From Sandaracinaceae bacterium (GTDB lineage Bacteria; Myxococcota_A; Polyangia; Polyangiales; Sandaracinaceae), in NCBI GenBank assembly GCA_044220955.1, contig JBGAQA010000007.1:25468-47294 (forward strand): DNA of 21,827 nucleotides, written 5' to 3'. Below are positions 7,725 through 14,886 of the stretch, piece by piece (within the stretch, counting starts at the first letter, position 1; each line of letters starts with the position of its first letter). The notes beneath the pieces were generated by a model, which did no database searches, was not told the DNA's origin, and was given only the letters and a program-made list of their open reading frames with translations. The position numbers and the translations under genes are program-made.

Positions 7725-10444
7725 CAGAACCTCACCGTGACCGTGCCCATGAACCGGCGCGGGATCGCTTGTCCGTACGGGTGCTCGCGGTGTCCGTCGT
7801 CGATCAGGTTGTAGCCGACGACCGCGAGCTCGAGCTGGTCGTCGAGGAAGCGCCAGCCGATGCGTGCGTTGAGCGTCGTGTACGACGCGAGCGGGAAGTT
7901 CTGGAACACGATGCCGCGGACCGGATCGAGCTGCTGCTCGAACCACGTCTGCGCGCTCTGCCAGGAGAAGTCGGCCGCGAGGTCGAGGCCGAAGGGCGCG
8001 CGGTACTGGAAGCCGCCGTTGACCATGTGCGCGCTCGTGCGCTGATCCGAGTGGTAGGGGCCTGCGGCGCCGCCGAAGGGCAGCGTGTAGCTCAGCGCGT
8101 AGTTCGCGTAGAGGTCGAGGCCGTCGATCGGGTACACGCGGACGCCGACCTCGCCGCCGGCCTGCTGGAACTGCTCGGGCGAGTTCTCGTAGAGGCCGGT
8201 CGAGAAGACGTACGAGCTGAGCGTGGGGTCGTAGCCGGGCGTCGTGCCCGCGATGCTGTTCCCGTTGACGTAGTCCGTGAGGCGGAAGATCTGGTTCTGC
8301 GTCAGCGTGATCAGGTCGAACGCCAGGTTGTAGTAGGCGTTGAACTCCAGCGTGAAGTAGTCGGTCATGGCGTTCATGTAGCCAATCTCGCCCGACACGA
8401 TGCGCTCGGGGTTCATGCTGGGGTTGCCGCTGCCGAACGCCGTGACGCCGCGGAAGGGCGTGCCCTGGGGCACCAGCACGTACGACTCGGTGAACGTCGG
8501 CGAACGGAAGGCGCTGCCCGCCGTGAAGCGCAGCGTGTTGCCCGGCGCCGGGTGGATGACGAGCGAGCCACGCGGCGAGACCTGCACGTTGAGCAGGGGA
8601 TGCAGGTCGCCGCGGATCGAGAGGACCAGGTCCACGTCCTCGCTGAACGAGATGGTGTCCTGGAGGAAGACAGCGCCGTGGTTCTGCGACTGGACCTCGC
8701 CGCGCAGCCACGTCCAGTCGATCTCCTTGAACCGGTAGCCGACGCCGGCGATGAGGTGGTTGCGGATGGCGCCGAGATCGAACGTCGCGTTGTAGAGCAG
8801 CTCGACGTCGATCACGTCCGACCGGCGCACGCTGGTGTTCTGCGAGAACGCGATGCCGCCGTTCAGCTGGTCGGGCGCGCCGATGTCCGGCGCCGAGAAG
8901 CGGTTCCAGAACACGCGCCCCGACAGGCCGACCGGCGAGGTCAGCTGGATGAAGCTCTGCGACTGGTAGGTCCCGCGCATGTCGAGCTGCCGGAGGTTGG
9001 CGACGGCCTGGAAGTTCAGCGATCCCTCGGCGACCGCGACGCCGCCGCGGATGCCCCAGCCGCCGTCGAGGCGGACCTGCGCCTCGCCACCGAAGAAGAG
9101 GCGCTCGAAGCCGCCGGTCGAGCCCGGACGCGGCGTGTAGTCGACGCGCGCGGGGTCGACGTTGAACGTGTAGTTGTCGCCGCGCTCGTAGCCGCCGCTG
9201 ACGCGGAAGCGCCAGCGATCGGCGTGGCCGCTCGCGCCGGCCGCGAGGCGGTAGACGCCGTTCGTGCCGACGCCGCCCGTGACGTAGCTGCCGCCCTCGC
9301 CGAGCTGCCGCGTGATGATGTTGATGACGCCCGTGAAGGCGTCGGCGCCATAGAGGGCCGAGGCGGGGCCTCGGATGACCTCGATGCGGTCGATGTCCTC
9401 GATGTTGACGGGCAGCAGGTGGAAGAGCGTGACGCCGATGAAGTCCAAGTACACCGAGCGGCCGTCCACGAGGACGATCGTGCGGTTCGAGAGGCGCTGG
9501 TTGAATCCGCGGATGCTGATCTGCGGATCGGCCGGGTCGGACGACATGATGGACAGACCCGCGACGCGACGCAGCGCGAACGCGGGATTGGTGTAGCCCG
9601 ACAGGCGCAGGTCCTGAGCGGTGACGATGGCGGTCGAGTTCGGCGCGTCGAGGGGCGACTGCGCGACGCGCGACGACGAGACGACGCTCTCTTCGTACGC
9701 GTCGGCCTCGTGCCCCGCGCCGAGCTCCAGCGTCGCCGGCAGCTCCTCCTCCTCGCCCTCGGCAGACGTCTCGGTGACCTCTGCGGTCTCGGTCTCGGCC
9801 GTCTCGCCGGTCTCCGCGGTGCCCGTCTCGCCCGTCTCGGCCGTCGTCGTCGAGGCGGTCTGGCGCTCGCGCAGCGACGCCGCGAGCTCGCGGAGGCGCT
9901 CGGCGCGGTGGCGGAGCTCCTCGGACTGCGCGGCCTCGGCCAGAGCCTCGATCTGCGTCGCCGAGTCCGTCAGCGCGCGGATCTCGTCGTCGGAGGCGAC
10001 CGGCGACGTCGTGGTCGTGGTCGTGGTCTCGCCGGTCTCCGCGGTGGTCGTCGTCTCCGCGACGTGGGTGCGCCCCTCCTGTGCGGCCACGCGCTGCTCG
10101 AGCGCGGCCAGGAACTGCTCGACCTCTTCGCGGTCGGCCGGGTCGCTCTCGAGGTACTGCCGGTAGTAGTCGATCGCCTCGGTGTAGCGACCGGCCTCCG
10201 CGTAGGCGCGCGCGATGTTGTAGAGGGCGTTGGGGTGCGGAAGGATGTCGTAGGCTTCGCGGAGCTCGGCGATGCCGTCGTCGAGGTGCCCGTCGGCGAT
10301 CAGCGCCATTCCGTGACGAAAGTGCTGGCGAGCTTCCGTTCGAACGTCGGCGTGCGCGACGTTGATCCCGACGATCGATGCGGCCAGCGATGCGCACAGG
10401 GCGAGCACGACGCGCGTCGCGCTCTCCCGATAGCGTTCCTTCAT
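7724..10444 (-). CDS. TonB-dependent outer-membrane receptor with N-terminal TPR domain
   Basis: Signal peptide ending ...AHA, then TPR-like helices (EARQHFRHG...EAYDILPHPNALYNIARAY...AIDYYRQYLE) and a Thr/Glu linker. Plug domain: VVSSSRVAQSPLDAP, ISIRGFN, VLVDGRSVY, IDRIEVIRGPASALYGADAFTGVINIITR. Barrel ends ...GYNLID...RRFMGTVTVRF with a terminal Phe. Start at MKERY (10444), with GAGGGA upstream. Confidence 0.95.
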   Translation of the reverse strand: MKERYRESATRVVLALCASLAASIVGINVAHADVRTEARQHFRHGMALIADGHLDDGIAELREAYDILPHPNALYNIARAYAEAGRYTEAIDYYRQYLESDPADREEVEQFLAALEQRVAAQEGRTHVAETTTTAETGETTTTTTTSPVASDDEIRALTDSATQIEALAEAAQSEELRHRAERLRELAASLRERQTASTTTAETGETGTAETGETAETETAEVTETSAEGEEEELPATLELGAGHEADAYEESVVSSSRVAQSPLDAPNSTAIVTAQDLRLSGYTNPAFALRRVAGLSIMSSDPADPQISIRGFNQRLSNRTIVLVDGRSVYLDFIGVTLFHLLPVNIEDIDRIEVIRGPASALYGADAFTGVINIITRQLGEGGSYVTGGVGTNGVYRLAAGASGHADRWRFRVSGGYERGDNYTFNVDPARVDYTPRPGSTGGFERLFFGGEAQVRLDGGWGIRGGVAVAEGSLNFQAVANLRQLDMRGTYQSQSFIQLTSPVGLSGRVFWNRFSAPDIGAPDQLNGGIAFSQNTSVRRSDVIDVELLYNATFDLGAIRNHLIAGVGYRFKEIDWTWLRGEVQSQNHGAVFLQDTISFSEDVDLVLSIRGDLHPLLNVQVSPRGSLVIHPAPGNTLRFTAGSAFRSPTFTESYVLVPQGTPFRGVTAFGSGNPSMNPERIVSGEIGYMNAMTDYFTLEFNAYYNLAFDLITLTQNQIFRLTDYVNGNSIAGTTPGYDPTLSSYVFSTGLYENSPEQFQQAGGEVGVRVYPIDGLDLYANYALSYTLPFGGAAGPYHSDQRTSAHMVNGGFQYRAPFGLDLAADFSWQSAQTWFEQQLDPVRGIVFQNFPLASYTTLNARIGWRFLDDQLELAVVGYNLIDDGHREHPYGQAIPRRFMGTVTVRF
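9775..10065 (-). repeat. Low-complexity Thr/Glu-rich linker repeats (TAETGET-like) within the receptor
   Basis: Protein segments AETTTTAETGETTTTTTT and TTTAETGETGTAETGETAETETAEVTETS flank a helical segment. On the + strand they appear as repeated gtctcg/gtctcc units. Confidence 0.7.
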
Positions 10445-10591
10445 TCTTCCCTCTTCAGAGAAACGGCCCCGACTGCCCACCCTGTTCTGAGCAGGCTCGC
10501 AGAGTCCGGGGCGACTTGTCGAGCTTCGTGTGGCCCGGCATTCGCTCTCACTTACCGCCCGGGTGGATCGTCCGTGGGGCCCGAGCCGGGC

Positions 10592-12073
10592 TCAGCGCGT
10601 GACGCCGTAGGCCTCGCCCATCCGCGTCCAGAGGTAGTCGAGCAGGTCCAGGACGTGATCGCGTCGACCGACGGCCGCCCGCACGATCTCGGGCGCCTCG
10701 TGCAGGTGCCCGACGTCGTGAACATGCCCGCGCAGCCACGTGAGGATGGGCGCGAACTCGCCTTGGCCGATGCGCTGCCAGAACCCGTCGACGCCCCCCT
10801 GCTCCATCGTCTTGCCGAGGCTGGCGGCGTAGAGGTTGCCCAGGGTGTAGCTCGGGAAGTAGCCGAAGAGCCCCGCCGACCAGTGCACGTCCTGCAGGCA
10901 GCCGCGCGCGTCGTCGGGGGGTGTGACGCCGAGGTACTCGCGGTACTTCGCGTTCCACGCCGCGGGCACGTCCGCGACGCTCAGCTTGCCCTCGAAGAGC
11001 GCGAGCTCGAGCTCGAAGCGCACGATGATGTGCAGGTTGTAGGTGACCTCGTCCGCTTGCACGCGGACGAGGCTTCGCTCGACGCGGTTCTGGGCCGCGA
11101 ACACCTGCTCGGGCGTGACCTCGGCTCCGGGGAACTGCTCTCGGATGCGCGCCGCGAGCCACCCGGCGAAGGGGCGGCTCCGTCCGACGTAGTTCTCCCA
11201 GAAGCGCGACTGCGACTCGTGCAGACCGAAGCTCGCCGCCTCGCGCACGGTCGTCCCCGCGTGCCGGTGCGGCAGCCCTTGCTCGTAGAGCGCGTGGCCG
11301 GTCTCGTGGATGGTGCTGCCGAGCCCGCCGAGCAGATCGTCTTCGTGCAGGTGGGTCGTGATGCGGACGTCGCCCTCGCCCTGACCCGTCGAGAACGGGT
11401 GCTCGGCCGCGTCGAGGCGCCCGGCTTCGAAGTCGTAGCCCAGCCCGGCAGCGACGGCCTTGCTGAGCGCCCACTGCTTCTCGAGGTCGAACTCGCCGGT
11501 GAGCGGCGCGAGCGCCGGCCTCCGTGCGATCGCCTGGATCAGGGGGACCAGACCGTCGCGCAGGCGCGCGAACATCGCGCGCAGGCTCTCGACGTCGGTG
11601 CCCGGGTCGTACTGCTCGAGCACGACCTCGTAGGGGTGGCGCTCGGCGTCGATCGCGCGCGCCCGCTCGAGCTGGAGCGCGAGCAGCTTCTCGAGCACGG
11701 GCGCGAACGTCGAGAACGAGCTGGTCTTCTTGGCCTCGATCCAGGCCTGGAACGCGTCGCTCTTGGTGCGCGCGAGGCGGTCGACGAGATCCGCCGGGAC
11801 GCGTCGCTCGCGTCGGTAGGCGCGCCCGAGGTTCCGCGCGCACGCGCGCTCGATCGGATCGTTCGCGTCGAGCCCCTCGAGCCAGTCACCGATCCGCGCG
11901 TCGGTGATGCGCTCGTGCGAGAGCCGCGAGAGCAAGGCCATCTGCGCGCCCCGGAGCGCGGCCGCCTTCTTCGGCATGTACGTCTGCTCGTCCCAGCCGA
12001 GCGTGGCCGCGACTCCGTCGAGCGTCTCGAGCTCGGTCAGGTGCGCACGTAGCGATGCGAAGGCCGCCGTCAT
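10592..12073 (-). CDS. Carboxypeptidase, peptidase family M32 (Taq-type)
   Basis: LGWDEQTYMP, GRLDAAEHPF, DVRITT, IHETGHALYEQG (HEXXH), LHESQSRFWEN, VRVQADEVTYNLH, GCLQDVHWSAGLFGYFPSYTLGN. Confidence 0.97.
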   Translation of the reverse strand: MTAAFASLRAHLTELETLDGVAATLGWDEQTYMPKKAAALRGAQMALLSRLSHERITDARIGDWLEGLDANDPIERACARNLGRAYRRERRVPADLVDRLARTKSDAFQAWIEAKKTSSFSTFAPVLEKLLALQLERARAIDAERHPYEVVLEQYDPGTDVESLRAMFARLRDGLVPLIQAIARRPALAPLTGEFDLEKQWALSKAVAAGLGYDFEAGRLDAAEHPFSTGQGEGDVRITTHLHEDDLLGGLGSTIHETGHALYEQGLPHRHAGTTVREAASFGLHESQSRFWENYVGRSRPFAGWLAARIREQFPGAEVTPEQVFAAQNRVERSLVRVQADEVTYNLHIIVRFELELALFEGKLSVADVPAAWNAKYREYLGVTPPDDARGCLQDVHWSAGLFGYFPSYTLGNLYAASLGKTMEQGGVDGFWQRIGQGEFAPILTWLRGHVHDVGHLHEAPEIVRAAVGRRDHVLDLLDYLWTRMGEAYGVTR

Positions 12074-12118
12074 ATGGCCGTCGTTCGTATCACGAGACGG
12101 TCGCAGGCGATTCGACGG

Positions 12119-12171
12119 AAAAAAAAGCGGCGGCTCGTGGGCTGGGGGGGGACGCCTTCACGAGCCGCCAC
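12119..12171 (-). ncRNA. Candidate ~53-nt sRNA: single hairpin with C8 loop plus U8 tail (the hairpin is also an intrinsic terminator)
   Basis: Minus strand: GU-GGCGGCUCGUG-AA-GGC-GUCCCCCCCCA-GCC-CACGAGCCGCC-GC-UUUUUUUU. Perfect 11-bp stem (12129-12139 with 12159-12169), extendable to 13 bp. It begins where the adjacent sigma54 promoter predicts +1. Confidence 0.55.
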
Positions 12172-12180
12172 CCTCGCTGT

Positions 12181-12197
12181 TAGCGACAGCCGTGCCA
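12181..12197 (-). promoter_or_regulatory. sigma54 (RpoN) -24/-12 promoter
   Basis: Minus strand TGGCACG-GCTG-TCGCTA against consensus TGGCACG-N4-TTGCW (one mismatch). GG (12196-12195) and GC (12184-12183) are exactly 10 nt apart. Confidence 0.7.
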
Positions 12198-12259
12198 CCG
12201 CCCGTGTCCTGGCTTCCCCCGCAAATCCAGCGATCGGCGGCATGGATGGTGGGGAGGCG

Positions 12260-12293
12260 TTTCAGTTCTGCATTTCAGATGTGCAATGTGCAC
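12260..12293. promoter_or_regulatory. Putative upstream activator sequence for a sigma54 enhancer-binding protein
   Basis: AT-richer patch with TGCA-N9-TGCA (TGCATTTCAGATGTGCA, 12269-12285), GTGCA-ATG-TGCAC (12281-12293) and TTTCAG twice (13-bp period). It lies about 90-120 bp upstream of the predicted +1. Confidence 0.5.
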
Positions 12294-12316
12294 CGGGATG
12301 CGCGCTCGCCTCGTGC

Positions 12317-13672
12317 TCAGTCGCCTCCGCCCGAGCCGAAGATGAACGGGAACACCACATCGACCTCGCCGCCGTCGGGCTGGTCGAAGCGCCAGTTCCG
12401 CACCTGCCGCACGATGCACCCCTCCACGCCTGGGTTGCCCATCGTCGAGCGCGCGACGCGCGAGGTCGTGACGCGCCCCTCGCGGTTGATCCGCCAGGCG
12501 ATCTCGATGCGCCCACGCAGGCTCGGCTGTCGCTGGAGCTGGGCCTCGTAGCAGTAGCGGACGGCGGCCTGGTTCTGCCGCACCACGCGCATGATCTGCT
12601 CGGGCGAGAGGTAGCCGGACACGTGCGGCGTCTCGGTCTGCATGCGCACCGCGACCTCACCGTGCGGACGGCCGCGGGCGCCGGGGCCACCGCTGCCCCG
12701 TCCGCCGCCGGAGCCGCTGCCGACGCCGACGCCGGTTCCGACGCCGCCGCCTCCGAACAGCGTCCCGGGCCCGGTGCCACCACCGCCCGAGCCGGTGCCG
12801 CGCAGGCCCGTACCGCCCGAGCCGCGGCCCCAGACGGTCCGGGCCGATCCCAGCCCGCCGAGGATGTCGCTCACGCTCGGCCCGTCCGCGAGCGCGGCGA
12901 GGGGCGAGTCGGAGTGGAGGGCCTTCAAGAGGCCCATGTCGGACACGCGCTCGGCCGCGCCGCCGCCGCCGTTCACCTCACCCTCGAGCTCGGTCTGGTC
13001 TTGCTGCGCGTCTTCCTGCCCGACGCGGCCTTCCTCGTCCTCCGCCTGTGCACCCCCCGCCTCGTCGCGATCCTGGATGCCGGGATCCTCGGTGTCGGTG
13101 CCCCCCGTCTGCTGCTCGATGAGGTCCTCCGGAGGCGGCGTGACCATGAAGCGGGTGATCAGGTCCGTCGGCAGCTCGAGCGCGTCGAGGTCGTCGCTCT
13201 CCTCGCGCGCGAGGTACATCATCCCGCCGAAGGCGGCCGCGAAGAACGCCGAGAGCATCTGGCTCGCCCAGTACGTCCCGTCGAAAGCGAGGGACCACCC
13301 TGGCTTCTTGGCGGCGCGGACGTGCTGGAAAAAGAAGGCGACCTGCCCGAGCGTGACGACCCCGTAGTCGTCGGGCCCCAGATCGAGGCTCGGGCCGCTG
13401 GCCCTCAGGGACGACACGTCCTGCCGCGCGCCTCCTCGCCAGACGGCGCCGCCCAGCTCCGAGGCGAGGTTGAGGCGGTACCCGTTGCCGGCGGGCGTGA
13501 GCAGCGTGACGTCGCTCGGCGCCAGGTCGGACGGGAGCGGGAGCAGCGCCGCCGCCGTGTTGCCCGCGATGATCGGCCGCGGCTTGTCGATGGTGGTCTC
13601 CATCTGGAGCGACCCGTTCCAGACGAGGGCCACGCGGAGCTTTCGGTCGGAGGCGCTGACGGCTGTGCTCAT
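12317..13672 (-). CDS. AgmX/PglI C-terminal (TonB-C-like) domain protein, GltG-like gliding-motility paralogue
   Basis: N-terminal beta-rich cytoplasmic domain (KLRVALVWNG...), one TM segment (MLSAFFAAAFGGMMYL), an acidic then Gly-rich linker, and C-terminal GYLSPEQIMRVVRQNQAAVRYCYEAQLQRQPSLRGRIEIAWRI...VEGCIVRQVRNWRFDQPDGGEVDVVFPFIF. Confidence 0.85.
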   Translation of the reverse strand: MSTAVSASDRKLRVALVWNGSLQMETTIDKPRPIIAGNTAAALLPLPSDLAPSDVTLLTPAGNGYRLNLASELGGAVWRGGARQDVSSLRASGPSLDLGPDDYGVVTLGQVAFFFQHVRAAKKPGWSLAFDGTYWASQMLSAFFAAAFGGMMYLAREESDDLDALELPTDLITRFMVTPPPEDLIEQQTGGTDTEDPGIQDRDEAGGAQAEDEEGRVGQEDAQQDQTELEGEVNGGGGAAERVSDMGLLKALHSDSPLAALADGPSVSDILGGLGSARTVWGRGSGGTGLRGTGSGGGGTGPGTLFGGGGVGTGVGVGSGSGGGRGSGGPGARGRPHGEVAVRMQTETPHVSGYLSPEQIMRVVRQNQAAVRYCYEAQLQRQPSLRGRIEIAWRINREGRVTTSRVARSTMGNPGVEGCIVRQVRNWRFDQPDGGEVDVVFPFIFGSGGGD

Positions 13673-13722
13673 GATCTGCTCGACACCTCGGATGCAGCGC
13701 GGTTCTCGATTCCCGGGCCCGC

Positions 13723-14208
13723 CTAGAAGGATTTCTCGTGCGTGGAGCGCTCCATCTCCCCGATGAAGGAGCGATGCGGCAGGCGCGGGCGATCGAACTC
13801 GGCACGCACGCGGTTCAGGAAGTAGAGGAGCTGGGGCGACTTGAGCCGGCCCGAGACGTCGAGGCCGGTGAACTCGAGCACCTTCACCTTGGAGCCGCCC
13901 TCCTCGTGGAAGCTGCTCGACGCGTCGGCGCCCTCGCTGTCGCGGCCCTCCGGCGCGTCGGGCTCGGCGGTGTCCGATGCCGGACCGTGCTCGGTCGTGT
14001 CGTGCCCGGTACCGGTGCCCGTCTTGGCGTGCGGCGACGTGTCCGCGGCTGGCGTGGAGGTGTCGCGCTTGGTGTGGCGGCCGCGGCCCTGGCGGGCGTG
14101 CGTCGGGGAGCCGTCCTGCCCCTCGGCGAGGCTCGCGGTGCCCGCGCCGGCGAGCGCGCCGCAGAGGGCGAGCGCCAGGAGCCGGCGAACGGTCGGTCGC
14201 AGCACCAC
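13723..14208 (-). CDS. Secreted GltF/CglF-like small protein
   Basis: Signal peptide (RRLLALALCGALAGAG...AEG), disordered middle, and C-terminal VLEFTGLDVSGRLKSPQLLYFLNR...SFIGEMERSTHEKSF resembling the GltF-family tail. It sits directly upstream of the GltG-like gene, the same order as gltF-gltG in Myxococcus. Confidence 0.65.
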   Translation of the reverse strand: MVLRPTVRRLLALALCGALAGAGTASLAEGQDGSPTHARQGRGRHTKRDTSTPAADTSPHAKTGTGTGHDTTEHGPASDTAEPDAPEGRDSEGADASSSFHEEGGSKVKVLEFTGLDVSGRLKSPQLLYFLNRVRAEFDRPRLPHRSFIGEMERSTHEKSF

Positions 14209-14309
14209 GGACGGAAGCCTACGGAAAACGCCGTCCCGAAGGAAGCGACAAATCCGCCCGGGCGGGGGAATGCGCGCGGGCGATCTGCGTACTATCCTCG
14301 CGCCCCGCC

Positions 14310-14852
14310 ATGACCCGACTCACCTCGCTCGCCCTCGTGATGCTCTCCCTCGCCCCCTTCGCCCTGCCCGGCTGCGGCGGCGGCGGGAGCGGCGCGGCCC
14401 TCGCATATCACGTGTTCCCCGGCGACCGGATGGTGAACGGACGCCGGCTCGAGAGCCTCGCGCGCACGTTCGAGAACAACTACGGGTGTGTCGAGACCGA
14501 CTCGATCACCATCGTCGGCTTCGCGCCCCAGACCTACAACGTCGACGGCTGCGGGCACACGAACGACTACGTGCTCCAGTGCCGGGCGGGCGGCTACTCG
14601 CAGATCTGCGAGTGGGAGCAGCTGCCGGACCTCTCGGCGCAGGCCGCGGCGGACTTCCGCTGCGACGCGGCGGCGATCGACTACCAGGTGACGCAGGGCT
14701 ACGTGCGGACGGTGAGCGGCTGCGGCTACCAGGCGCAGTACGGCTTCGAGCGCGGCCAGTGGATGCTCATGGGTCGCATCGAGCAGGTCGGCCCGGTCAC
14801 CACCGGCACCACGGGCGGCGTGGTCGTGCAGGGCGGCGCCTACGTCCAGTGA
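14310..14852 (+). CDS. Lipoprotein with two tandem Cys-containing (C...GCG...Y) repeats
   Basis: From MTRLTSLALVMLSLAPFALPG-C (lipobox) within track ORF 13977..14852. Repeats: NYGC...YNVDGCGHTNDY and DFRC...RTVSGCGYQAQY. Confidence 0.85.
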   Translation: MTRLTSLALVMLSLAPFALPGCGGGGSGAALAYHVFPGDRMVNGRRLESLARTFENNYGCVETDSITIVGFAPQTYNVDGCGHTNDYVLQCRAGGYSQICEWEQLPDLSAQAAADFRCDAAAIDYQVTQGYVRTVSGCGYQAQYGFERGQWMLMGRIEQVGPVTTGTTGGVVVQGGAYVQ

Positions 14853-14886
14853 ACCGCCCGGCTCCTCCGGGGAGCACTCCGGCTGA

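Noticed and set aside
9775..10065. Short repeated gtctcg units as a CRISPR array or VNTR
   Set aside because: They are irregular, in-frame codon repeats of a Thr/Glu linker, with no constant repeat-spacer period and no cas genes.
5649..10397. 1582-aa ORF, or a frameshift fusion of receptor and lipoprotein
   Set aside because: The N-terminal ~890 aa are off-frame over the receptor. The receptor ends properly in a terminal Phe and the lipoprotein has its own signal peptide.
7769..12052. Long antisense ORFs (7769..12052, also 12074..13726, 14938..16494, 17028..19646, 17899..19776, 20113..21711)
   Set aside because: These are the expected stop-poor shadow frames of high-GC genes. They have no recognisable motifs and lie opposite well-supported CDSs.
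12144..12151. G8 homopolymer as a phase-variation tract
   Set aside because: It is not in a credible CDS or promoter spacer. It sits exactly in the loop of the hairpin, so an RNA-level role explains it better.
12640..12870. ccgccg/ccggtgcc-rich repetitive stretch
   Set aside because: It encodes the Gly-rich linker of the GltG-like protein.
14853..14886. Hairpin GCTCC-TCCGG-GGAGC between convergent genes as a terminator
   Set aside because: Only a 5-bp stem with no U-tract, which is not distinguishable from chance in DNA this GC-rich.
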